Of a stretch of DNA of 64,000 nt, positions 12,236-22,310 are shown piece by piece. Under the pieces are notes generated by a model. That model searched no databases. It had not been told where the DNA came from and saw nothing but the letters and a program-made list of their open reading frames with translations. Each line of letters begins with the position of its first letter. Position 1 is the first letter of the stretch. The translations under genes were made by a program, and so were the position numbers. This DNA is from Okamejei kenojei (lineage: Eukaryota), in assembly GCA_035221665.1 (NCBI GenBank), contig CM069161.1:7130001-7194000 (forward strand). The letters are read 5' to 3'.

Positions 12236-12330
12236 GCCTGGCCAGAGTGACTGAGCTGCCTGGCCAAAGTGACTGAGCTGCCTGGCCTGAGTGACTGAGC
12301 TGCCTGGCCTGAGTGACTGAGCTGCCAGCC
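12233..12330 (+). repeat. 22-bp tandem repeat (gctgcctggccngagtgactga), about 4.4 copies
   Basis: Directly visible. Confidence 0.95.
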
Positions 12331-12789
12331 CAAGATTCCATTCGACCCACAATGTCCTTATTAAACCGTTCCTTTGACCCACAACACACATACTAATGCT
12401 CCAGAAATTGGTGGAGAGGTGGAATATTGCATTGGGGGACCAGCCCTCCTGTGTGAAGCTGGGACTCAACGGGTCCCACTTAGTCTCGTATTATATATTT
12501 ATATTATATATTATATTTATTATATATTATTTAAATGAGGAACTAATTAACCCACATATATATATATATACAAATCATGGGTTAATTAGCTCCTTAAGCT
12601 AATTAAACTAAATATATAAAATATAAAATATATATGGAAGGATAGCAGACCAAGCACTTGACGTATGTTTCAAGGCAAGTTGTAAAGGAAGACTTCCCTC
12701 CTTTAGAGGCTTTAGAGAGAACTCCAGAGATTTGGGTCTTGTCAGCTGAGTTCTGCCCTGACTGGCAACAGCTGACAGTAAATAAACAA

Positions 12790-13180
12790 GATAGATACAT
12801 AATGAGTAACTCAGCGGGACAGGCAGCATCGCTCGAGAGAAGGAATGGGTAACATTTTGGGTCGAGATACTTCTTCAATCGCTGAGTTACTCCAGCTTTT
12901 TGTGTCTATCTTCAGTTTAAACCAGCATCTGCAGTTCCTTCCTATACAGTAAATAATCATCACCAGTAGACTATTGGTAGACAAAAATGCTGGAGAAACT
13001 CAGCGGGTGAGGCAGCATCTATGGAGCGAAGGAAATAGGCGACGTTTCGGGTCGAGACCCTTCTTTTCGACCCGAAACGTCGCCTATTTCCTTCACTCCA
13101 TAGATGCTGCCTCACCCGCTGAGTTTCTCTAGCATTTTTGTCTACCTTCGATTTTCCAGCATCTGCAGTTCCTTCTTAAA
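12790..13180. mobile_element. Two Penelope-like insertions, each an inverted pair of terminal repeats
   Basis: Near-perfect palindrome at 12976-13146 (~80-bp arms); direct repeat accagtaga at 12962-12970 and 13187-13195. Confidence 0.75.
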
Positions 13181-13619
13181 CTCTTAACCAGTAGATCATT
13201 GATATCTCTCAGCCCCTGGTGGAGACTTGATGTTCTCAAGAGTGTGGGAAGGTAGAACTGGTGGAAATGGAAATGCTGATGGCAAATTATCCTAATTACT
13301 TCCAGTATTGTTTGCTTTAAATTATCTATCTTTTATTAATGAATTTGTGGTAATATTGGAACTATATTCAATTTGTTTAAATATTTTTTTTTTAAGTGTC
13401 AGGTCGTTAACCTCGATGAAAGAAATATCATTTATGAAATATCAGTTTAATTTTAAAGGCAGACAACTTTAGTGTAAGGAATTCATATAAACATTACTCT
13501 CTGGATACATATAACATATATAAAATTACATGTAACATGTATACAACTATTAAAATATACATCACCATACAGACAAAGTGATGTTGGGAAGTTGAAACAG
13601 TTTTAGTGATTATGGATTC

Positions 13620-13865
13620 AGTTTCAGAATAAAACGACATACCTTTAGAATGGAGATGAGGAAGAATTTCTTTAGCCGGAGGGAATTCATTGCCACAGAC
13701 AGCAGTGGAGGCCAAGTCATTCGGTATTTTTAAAGTGGAGTTTGATAGATTTACGGGGAGAAGGCAGGAGAATGGAGTTGAGAGGGAAAGATAGATCAGA
13801 CGTGATTGAATGGCAGAGCAGACTCGATGAGCAGAATCTTAATTCTGCTTTATTTCTTATGGACA
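13620..13865 (+). mobile_element. CR1 3' fragment
   Basis: tttagaatggagatgaggaagaatttcttt...ggaattcattgccacag...ggggagaaggcaggagaatgg. Confidence 0.75.
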
Positions 13866-14179
13866 TTCATAAAGATCTCATTCAGTGTCGCAGTTCCTAT
13901 CAGTGCCCTGGGATTGGATGTGAAAAGTTTAGTTTAGAGATACAACATTGGAGCAGGCCCCTCGGCCCACTGGGTCCATGACAACCATTGATCACCCGTT
14001 CAAACTGGTTCTATATTTTCTCAGCCACTCGCTACACACAAGGGACAGTTTGCAGGAAGCAGATCCTGAGGGCAACACTTGTGACCGAGCCCAAAAGCTA
14101 GGTTTGAACACTGGGCGTGTTCATCACACTGACAGAGTTGCCTAAGGGGAAGAAGATATCAAACTAACTTTTTTTTGTT

Positions 14180-14440
14180 TTTGAGAAACAGGCTCTACGG
14201 CCCACCAAGTTCACGGGGGCCAGCCATCACCCGTACACTAGTTATATCCTACACGCTAGGGACAATCTGCAGAAGCCAATTAACCTGTACGTCTTTTGAG
14301 TGTGGGAGGACCCAGAGCACCCAGACAAAACCCACGTGGTCACAGGGAGAACGTATAATCTCTATACAGACAGCACCCGTGGTCAGGATTGAACCCAGAT
14401 CTCTGGCAGCAACTCTACCGCTGCATCACTGTACTGCCCG
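14180..14440 (-). mobile_element. HE1-type SINE
   Basis: ggcagcaactctaccgctgc head and V-domain on the minus strand. Confidence 0.8.
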
Positions 14441-15154
14441 GTAGGATTATTTTGCACTTGGAGAATAACCAAAATGAGAACCCTTATACTTCGCTGAAGT
14501 AAAAAGAGTAGAAAAATAAGAATTAAAAGCAGGAAATATTCAACAGGTCAGGCAGCATTCAAGGAGGGACAGAGTTCATGTTTCAATTCAAGAAACGTTT
14601 TAAATTTTTAATTCAGATTTGCATCTGCGGTTCTGTTTTGCTTTTTTATGTTCCAGGAGCAGTGCAGGTAGTTGAGTGGCCGAGGAAGAGACAGGGGATG
14701 TGAGCTGAAATGTCGGGGAGAAATACCGTTTCATTATCCCTTCACACAATGGAAAATGCTGAAATCCAGATACAAGGGATCGGGCTCTAGATTGAACTGG
14801 TTCCTTTTCACAGGGCGAGATAAATCAAGGGCAGATCAATATCACGGAACAATAGTCCGTTTCCTGGGAGAACATTACATCACTCTGTCAACATATGAGG
14901 ACAAAGTGGAGATTTTCCAGTTGCACTGTGCTTAATCCTGAAATTGATGATGGTCTTTCGCTAACCTGAAGCAAGGCTGATGCATTGAACTTTAAAGGGA
15001 ACAACTAAGTCTTTCCCTATTTCACATGCAAGTCCTTTCCATATTTGAACGTTTGCAGTAACTTCCTGTGAATTCCTCAGAGATTGCTGAGTCATAGCAT
15101 TAGTCCCCAGATTATAAAATGGCTTTCTTCTAAAACAGGAGCAAGTAGTTTTGG

Positions 15155-15620
15155 CAGGAAGGAACTGCAGATGCTGGTTTAAACCCAAGATAGACACAAA
15201 ATGCTGGAGTAACTCAGCGGGACAGGCTGCATCTCTGGAGAGAAGGAACGGGTGACGTTTCGGATCGAGACCCTTCTTCAAACTGACATTGGGGGGGGAG
15301 GGGGGATAAAAGTGTGAAGGTGTGAAGAAAATAGGGTGAAGGGAATGCTTACACCCTAGCAGTATGAACATTGACTTCTCTAACTTCAAGTAACCCTTGC
15401 TTTCCCTCTCTCTCCATTCCTCCCCCTTCCCAGTTCACCGACCAGTCTTACTGTCACCGACTACATTTTATCTCTGTTTGCTTTGTTGTCACCTTCTCCC
15501 AGCTAACAGTGATCCATTATATATGTTCCTTGATCTCCATTCCCTTTGCCCTGTTTTCACACCTTCATACTTCCTTATCTATCTATCTCCCTCTCCCCTG
15601 ACTCTCAGACTGAAGAAGAG
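15155..15620. mobile_element. Penelope-like element: inverted terminal repeat (15155-15290), then ORF C-terminus and 3' region on +
   Basis: 15349-15393 translates to LHPSSMNIDFSNFK*, resembling the L-x-P-x-G-[LM]-N end of Penelope GIY-YIG domains; ends in a truncated ctgaagaag hammerhead core. Confidence 0.7.
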
Positions 15621-16980
15621 AAATGGAATTTAACACGAAGGCAAAGTTTTTATTTAATTTAAATTGAGGCAATTGATTTTCAAAAAGGTTAATGTGCCAT
15701 TGGAACCAAGACAAGGAGCCAATTAGTCATTACAAACAAGCAGTCAACAATCCATGCAACTAGACTTGCCAATACTAATTCTTGGAGGTTTTGTACTTTT
15801 ATCTCCTATTTTGGCCAATAATGACTGAGGCAGAAAGTGTTTGAAGTGATCTTGTAGGAACAAGTTTTTTAATACCTTCTGATTTTGGTCCTGGGCTTCT
15901 CACAAGAGTGTGTGCGAGCTTCGAATCTTGAAGACTCCAGGATGGTCCTAGAGTGTTGGCAATCCCTCACAACTGAACAAATACCTAAACCGCTAGCTCG
16001 ATAAAAAATATATTGTTATATATTAAGATCAAAGTTGCAATTGGTCACACGCAAGGAACAAATGGCGAAACAAGGAACTGCAGATGTTGGTTTACAAAAA
16101 TAGACACAAAGTGCTGGAGTAACTCAACAGGCCGGGCAGCATCTCTGGAGTGCAAGAAAAGGCACAACGTGCTGGAATAACTTACAAAATAAGACAGAGT
16201 GCTGGAGTGCCAAGCTTCTTTGCTTCTTTTCTTTCAAGAAACAAATGAAGTGATTTTTGCATTGAGAACATTCTCCAGTAGGTAAAGATAGTGGGCAGAT
16301 ATTAGATTGCTCTGAATTGAATCAGTTAACTGTGGAAGCAAATGGGTAAATGAGCAAAGTTGATCAAGGTACCTGGAAATCTTTAATGTCCCAATGAACA
16401 AACACACTTAAGCTCCAAGGTACCTTCCCACAGTGAAGGACTCTACCTGAAATACCAGTCTGACTCTAGCACTTAGACATAGTGTGGGGTTAGTTCTGTT
16501 TATCTTCTGACTATGGACATTAAAATGAGGAATGAGTTTAAACCTCGACCATCATTTAAGATATATGCTGTCTAAGTGCTGTGTTATTGCAGGAATAGTT
16601 GTAAATATTTAGTTTCTGAAACCAGGGAAGTACGTACTTTCTTGGTGAAAGACCTCTTAATTCTGTCCCAATATTCACAGAACGAGCCAGAAGATTTCAT
16701 AAACAAGTGAATCTGTGCACCCCTTTTTATTGGATAAAGGCCAGCGTTTGTTGACCATCTCCAACTGACCCTGAGAAGGTGGAGAACGTCTCCCCTGTGG
16801 TCTTCCTGACGAAGGTGCTTCCAAAGGGCTGATTGGTAAGAAACCAAGTCATAGGGTCATATGAGGAATCTCCAGAGCAATCTCAGGAAGGTGTGTGGCT
16901 CAGAGGTGGATCTTCAAATGGGGTCACTCACAATGGCCAATGGATGGCAAAAGTCACTGGGTTTGGGAAGGGGGTTGTTC

Positions 16981-17350
16981 TCATAAGTGATAGGAGCAGA
17001 ATTGGGCCATTCGGCACATCATGTCTCCTCCGCCATTCAATCATGGCTGATCTATCTCTCCCTCTTAACCCCATTCATCTGCCTTCTCCCCATTATCCCT
17101 GACACCCGCACTAATCAAGAATCTATCCATCTCTGCCTTAAAAATAGCCACTGACTTGGCCTCCACAGCCTTCTGCGGCAATGGATTTCACAGATTCACC
17201 ACCCTCTGACTAAAGAAATTCCTCCTCATCTCCTTCCTAAAGGCGCGTCCTTTAATTCTGAGGCTATGGCCTCTGGTCCTGGACTCTCCCACTGGTGGAA
17301 ACATTCCCTCCACATCCACTCTATCCAGGCCTTTGACTATTCGGTAAGTT
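16981..17350 (-). mobile_element. CR1 3' fragment
   Basis: Reverse complement of the standard CR1 end (agtcagagggtggtgaatctgtg...ggggagaaggcag). Confidence 0.85.
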
Positions 17351-17537
17351 CTTTGAGTAACCATTTAATCTCTTGTAGTTATTGCTCTCTGAGTTCCCCT
17401 CAACACTTGCCCCCAAAGCACAGGAGTGAACTAACGCATGGTGTGAGGGAAATGTGTATGCGTGGGCCCGCAAAGTCTTTGTGACACAACTTGAAGTTCA
17501 AAAATGCTGCACCACCACTTCAATTTTAAAAACTCAT

Positions 17538-17543
17538 TTTAAT
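17538..17543 (-). terminator. Candidate GJD3 polyadenylation signal (ATTAAA)
   Basis: Variant hexamer at the end of a unique AT-rich block, with GT-rich sequence downstream on the minus strand; would give a ~2.2 kb 3'UTR. Confidence 0.3.
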
Positions 17544-17809
17544 CAAAGAGTGTAAATTCAAAAGCTCCATATACAGTAGTAAGAAAATCCACAACAAATA
17601 CTGACTGTAATTCTTATACAGTAATGTCATTCTAGTGCAAGACTGGTACCGGCCAGTCTTATAGATATAGATTAAAAAAAGTTATTGCAGCCGATGACCC
17701 TGATCGCCAGAGCAATGATTGCTTCAAATTGTCTCCTCTATACATGCGGTTGATCCTTTCTAGTTCCTGTACCAAGGACCTGGTCAACATTCAGGCTACC
17801 AGTCCATCT

Positions 17810-18960
17810 ATGCAAACAAGAGCTGGAGCAACTCAGTGGCTCAAGCAGCATTTGTGCAGGTGATAGAAACATAGAAGCAGGAGGTGCAGGAGGAGGACAT
17901 TCAGCCCTTCGAGCCAGCACCACCATTCATTACGATCATGGCTGATCGTCCCAGCCTTCTCCACATATCCCTTGATTCCTCTAGCCCCTAGAGCTCTATC
18001 TAACTCTCTCTTAAATCCACCCAGTGATTTGGCCTCCACTGGCGAGGAGATATTTCATGGTCTTATTCAGACTGGTGTCATGTCCCGTTCCAAAACATCG
18101 GCCATCAGTCTGAAGAAGGCTTCCGACCCAAAACGCCGCCCATGCAGTCACCTCTTCCGCAGATGCTGCCTGACCTGCTGCGTTACTCCGGCACTTTGTG
18201 TTTGGCTCAAGATTCCAGCACCTGTAATTCCTCGTGTCTCTAGTCAAACAAACCATTGTCTCGATGATGCTTTTTATCGTCACGTGTGCAAAGTGCAAGC
18301 CCACAGTGAAATTCTTTCCTCACAAACGCTCCAGTAGAGTATTGCCATACCGAAGCACATCCCTGATTAGCAAATTGTCCAATTTAATGTAGTCGATTCT
18401 TAACGAAGATGGACAAAAAATGTTGGAGTGACTCAGCGGGTCAGGCAGCATCTCTGGAGAAAAGGAATAGGTGACGTTTCGGGTGGGAACCATCTTCATA
18501 TTGAAAGATGGGAGGGGAGGGGGGGACAGGAGGTGAGAAAAGGCCAGGACAAAACTGGATGTTAACTATTCTTAACTATTGTTCTTAACTTGATCCTCTG
18601 ACTCATGGGTAATTGGGGATAGGCATTGACAGTGCGATCCTCATCTTGTGAATAAATAAATAAATGGACAAATAAATAAATAAACAAATTCAGAGGCAGT
18701 TTCTTCCCAGCTGTTGTCAGGCAACTGAACCATCCTACCACAGCCACAGAGCAGTCCTGAACTACCATCTACCTCATCGGGGACCCTCGGGCTATCTTTG
18801 ATCGGATTTTACTGGCGTTACCTTGCACTGAACGTTATTCCCCTATCATGTATCTGTACACTGTGATTGTAATCACTTATTGTCTTTCCGCTGACTGGGT
18901 AGCACGCAACAAAAGCTTTTCACTGTACCTCGGTGCACGTGACAATAAACTCAACTGAAG
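17810..18960. mobile_element. Mixed fragments: CR1 tail (- 17865-18040), Penelope repeats (18105-18240 +, 18405-18560 -), Rex1-type tail (+ 18695-18960)
   Basis: Family-typical sequence repeated elsewhere in the window; for example 18700-18955 matches 26330-26560. Confidence 0.7.
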
Positions 18961-19169
18961 TGAAGGGCAATTAGAAGGACAAGGTCAACGTGAACAAAAT
19001 GGAACGTTTCCAGATGGTTTCATGAACTAACCTTCCACTCGCGTGTGGGACTGAACGGGTTGTGGCCACTGGTTCAGGCAGATACTTGGCCTGCAATGTC
19101 TGCTCTGTCACGGACCCCTGGCAGCCCACTGAACCCACACCTTCCACCATTAGCAAGGCCCGGTCTCCA

Positions 19170-19470
19170 TCAGAAACACGCAGCGTAGAAACAAGCCCTT
19201 TGGCCCTCTGGGGCCACGCCAATCAACAAGTGCACTATTCCCGCACTGATCACTAATTTGCTCTCACAAACCCTTCCCAGACTCCACCACTCAGCCACAC
19301 ACCAGGGGCCGATTTACCGTGGCCAACTCGCCCATCAACCTGCACGCACGTCTTCAGCATGTGGGGGGAAACCCGGGCACATGGAGAGAACGTGCAAACT
19401 CCACACGAACAGAGGGCGTAGGAGCCTTGAAGCGGCAGCTTCACTAGCTGCATCACCCTGTTGCCCCTAA
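19170..19470 (-). mobile_element. Older HE1-type SINE
   Basis: Decayed head and V-domain (aacgtgcaaactccacac). Confidence 0.65.
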
Positions 19471-19701
19471 TCTCCAATTAATAAGTGATCAAGTCAGTTT
19501 CCAGAACATCTTACCAACCTCCATTGTTTGATAACGAGCAATCAAATAAAGGGTAAACAATTAACCAAATATACAAGCTCAATGAAATGGAAGTGATTCT
19601 GTTTAGCATTCAATATGCATAAGGATTTGAACAAGTGACATTTTGCACCTGAAATGTTTTCAGTTCCTTGTCATTGCCGCACCACAATTCTGTTGCAGTT
19701 T

Positions 19702-20559
19702 TTAGATGTTGAGGGGAGGTTTCTTTGCACTCGATTGGGAAGATCTTCGACTGTTACTACTGCCCAAAGACTTGGTCTTGTGAGTAGAATCCATGTCAGA
19801 ATGGTTGGAGTTCAGGTTCACCATGACCATCTTGTCCAGTAACTGGACCGAGTGTGGTTCTCGACCCTTCTCATAGTCACTGTTTGACCGGTTCTGCTGT
19901 TCAAACGTCTTTAGTTGCCGTCGGCTGAATATCTTCTTAAATAGGTGCACCAACTCCACGAAGCTGATCAGGGCGGAGAGGATGCTGACCACAAAATAAA
20001 ACATCAAAAACACTGTCTTTTCCATTGGGCGGGAGACAAAACAGTCCACGGTATGTGGGCAGGGGAAACCCGTGCAGATAAACTGCGGCTCGATCGTGAA
20101 GCCAAATATCAAATACTGGGAAACCACCAGGCCAATTTCCGCCAGAAGCCGAAGGATAACATGAACAATGTAACACTGCTGTATTCTTGGCACTCCATTG
20201 CCGGCCGGTTCCTTCCTTTGGATGATGCCAATCTTCTCTTGCGTCTCCTCGTCCTTTGAGGACAGGTGGACGGCATAGACGACAAACAGCAAGGAGGGCA
20301 CTGAGAGAAAGACTATGTGGAAGACCCAGAACCTGAAGGGCGAGATGGGGAAGGCCTTGTTGTAGCAGACCTGCTTGCAACCGGGCTGGAGTGTGTTGCA
20401 GGCAAACTCTTCCTGCTCGTCTTCGAAGATGTCGCTCCCCACCGTGGCCAGGACAAGAATGCGGAATATCATCATGAGAAGCAGCCACACACGCCCCAGC
20501 ATAGGGGCGTGCGTCTTGATCGAGTCCAGCCAATCGCTCAGGAAACTCCATTCTCCCAT
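19702..20559 (-). CDS. GJD3: Gap junction delta-3 protein (connexin 31.9/30.2 orthologue), 285 aa, uninterrupted CDS
   Basis: Four hydrophobic segments; EL1 CNTLQPGCKQVC (C-x6-C-x3-C) and EL2 CTGFPCPHTVDC (C-x4-C-x5-C). MGEW, IFRILVLATVG, FEDEQEEF, RFWxFHI and LRLLAE match recalled GJD3 sequence. Synteny with the RARA 3' end supports the call. Confidence 0.93.
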   Translation of the reverse strand: MGEWSFLSDWLDSIKTHAPMLGRVWLLLMMIFRILVLATVGSDIFEDEQEEFACNTLQPGCKQVCYNKAFPISPFRFWVFHIVFLSVPSLLFVVYAVHLSSKDEETQEKIGIIQRKEPAGNGVPRIQQCYIVHVILRLLAEIGLVVSQYLIFGFTIEPQFICTGFPCPHTVDCFVSRPMEKTVFLMFYFVVSILSALISFVELVHLFKKIFSRRQLKTFEQQNRSNSDYEKGREPHSVQLLDKMVMVNLNSNHSDMDSTHKTKSLGSSNSRRSSQSSAKKPPLNI

Positions 20560-20613
20560 TGTATGTCTGCCGCCCGCGCCTCCTCCTTTATGGCGATGCT
20601 ATTTCTTCACAAT

Positions 20614-20640
20614 CTGTGGAAAAATACGAAGAAAAATAAA
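20614..20640 (-). promoter_or_regulatory. Splice acceptor of the GJD3 coding exon; the exon starts at 20613, 54 nt upstream of the ATG
   Basis: Minus strand tttatttttcttcgtatttttccacAG|attgtg; an in-frame TAG (att gtg aag aaa tag) shows the upstream part is 5'UTR. Confidence 0.8.
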
Positions 20641-20789
20641 CATTGAAGGAAAAACTGAAAATCTTGGAAACACTTTGGTGTCCGACCTGAAAGCAGGTCG
20701 GGCAGCATCTGCGGAAAGAGAAACAGAGGTAACGATTCAGGCCAAAGAACCCGCATGACAATCAGGAGTCAATCGTCATGGTTTTTTTT

Positions 20790-21072
20790 AGTTGAGCTTA
20801 GAGATACAGCGAGGAAACAGGCCCTTCGGCCCACTGAGTCCGTGCCGACCAGCGATCCCTGCACACATTAACTCCATCCTATATACGCACTAGGGACAAT
20901 TCACAATTATACCAAGCCAATTAGCTTACAAACTTGGATGTGTGGGAGAAAACCCATGCGTTCACAGGGAGAACGTACAGACTCAATACAGACAAGCACC
21001 CGTAGTCGGGATTGAACCCGGGTCTCTGGCGCTGTGGGGCAGCAACTCTACCGCTGCGCCAACGTGTCGCCC
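20790..21072 (-). mobile_element. HE1-type SINE, near full length
   Basis: Head gggcgacacgttggcgcagcggtagagttgctgcc, B-box ggttcaatcc, tail gggccgaagggcctgtttcc. Confidence 0.9.
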
Positions 21073-21574
21073 TTTGAACAAATCGTAACAACGTTATTAT
21101 ACTTGCTGGTAATTACTGCCTGAGACACATTAAAAACAGAGGATAACTGGATAATTGAAAATCAAAAATTGCAGATGCTGGAAATCTGAAATTAAAATGG
21201 GAAATGTTGGAAACACTGAGCAGGTCAGGTAGCATCTGTGGAAAATACAAGTGAGATTTCCATTGATCTGATGTCGGTATAGAGATCAATTAATCAAAAC
21301 CCCTGACTCTCGCAGAAAGTTAAAGTTTCAGGTTGAAGACCTTTTATCAGACCTGGGAAATAGAGAAGACAAGTTAATGGACTGCGGACTGGAAGTGCAA
21401 GTTCAAACCGCTGCAGGTCTTTCAACACAGACTTTCTGGATTGCTCTAAACACCCACCTAGTTCACCAACAGCCTTCAGGGAAGGAAGTGTTTTATCCTT
21501 CCTCTACAACTCCAGATTCCCCAACCTGTTTGACTTCAACCACCCTCACTATTTCAGTGATTCAGAATTGCTGT

Positions 21575-21870
21575 TTAGTTTAGTTCAGAGATACAGCACG
21601 GAAACAGGTAGCAAGATCTTTGGCCCACCGAGTTCGCGCCGACCACCGTACTCTACCACTAATCTACACACTGGAGACAATTTACAATCATTTTTTTTAA
21701 CCAAAGCCAATTAACCTACAAACCTGCACATCTTTAGAATGTGGGAGGAAACTGGAGCACCCGGAGAAAACCCACACAGACACTGGGAGAACGTACAAGC
21801 CCCTGCGGTCAGGATTGAACCCGTGTCCCTGGCGCTGTAAGGCAGCAACTCTACCGCTGCCACAGTGCTC
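21575..21870 (-). mobile_element. HE1-type SINE
   Basis: Same head, V-domain and (ctaaa)n tail. Confidence 0.85.
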
Positions 21871-22169
21871 TCTCTAACGTATCCTGTGACAAGATACATT
21901 AAAAAAAGTTTGGAACTAAATCAACAAAAACTCTATTCCAAGTCTCATTCACTGGACTAGAAAACAAACTCGTGGTTTTGCCTGAGGGAATTGAACCCAA
22001 AATGCAGTTCCTAAAGACCATCTCCAACCCCATCAACACAGAATTAATATGTCGGACCTTATGCAAGGACCTTGGTGAAACCTATGCTGAAATTACTGGT
22101 CGGTAAAAGAAGTCCATTGTGGCTGTTCAGACAGGATTCAGTGAAAGCAGGATACACCAGACTTCCCCC

Positions 22170-22310
22170 GAGTCTCAGTCTGAAGAAGGGTCTCGACCCG
22201 AAACGTCACCTATTCCTCTTCTCCAGAGATGCTGCCTGTCCCGCTGAGTGACTCCAGATTTTTGTGTCCATCTTCGGTGTAAACCAGCATCTGCAGTTCC
22301 TTCCCACACA
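22170..22310 (+). mobile_element. Penelope-like terminal repeat
   Basis: agtctgaagaagggtctcgacccgaaacgtcacc...agagatgctgcctgtcccgctgag...ccagcatctgcagttcc. Confidence 0.8.
22176..22211 (+). ncRNA. Minimal type I hammerhead ribozyme motif with intact core
   Basis: CUGAAGA (22180-22186), stem II GGGUC-uc-GACCC, GAAAC (22200-22204), GUC cleavage triplet (22205-22207); stem III reduced to palindromic ACGU. Confidence 0.65.

Larger units (their letters stand above)
10961..12488 (+). mobile_element. Non-autonomous Helitron, 5'-truncated, with internal minisatellites
   Basis: 3' hairpin GGGACTC-aac-GGGTCCC (12461-12477), then ACTTAGT-CTCG|T (a CTAG variant) before T; internal tandem arrays are typical of Helitrons. 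Confidence 0.65.
10930..12593. mobile_element. Segment bounded by ~31-bp inverted repeats flanked by TTAA (possible Kolobok-like non-autonomous DNA transposon)
   Basis: TTAA(10926-10929)+ggagctaattatcccataatttatatatata versus the reverse complement of tatatatacaaatcatgggttaattagctcc+TTAA(12594-12597); 3 mismatches. Confidence 0.5.

Noticed and set aside
11674-12469. Repetitive ORFs (LLVLKCLQKV..., SIGSKMLAKS...)
   Set aside because: They are translations of the minisatellite in several frames, and unit-length variation breaks the frames
19937-20758. Alternative-frame and antisense ORFs (204, 104, 109 and 127 aa) overlapping the connexin
   Set aside because: Shadow ORFs of a GC-rich CDS with no recognisable domains
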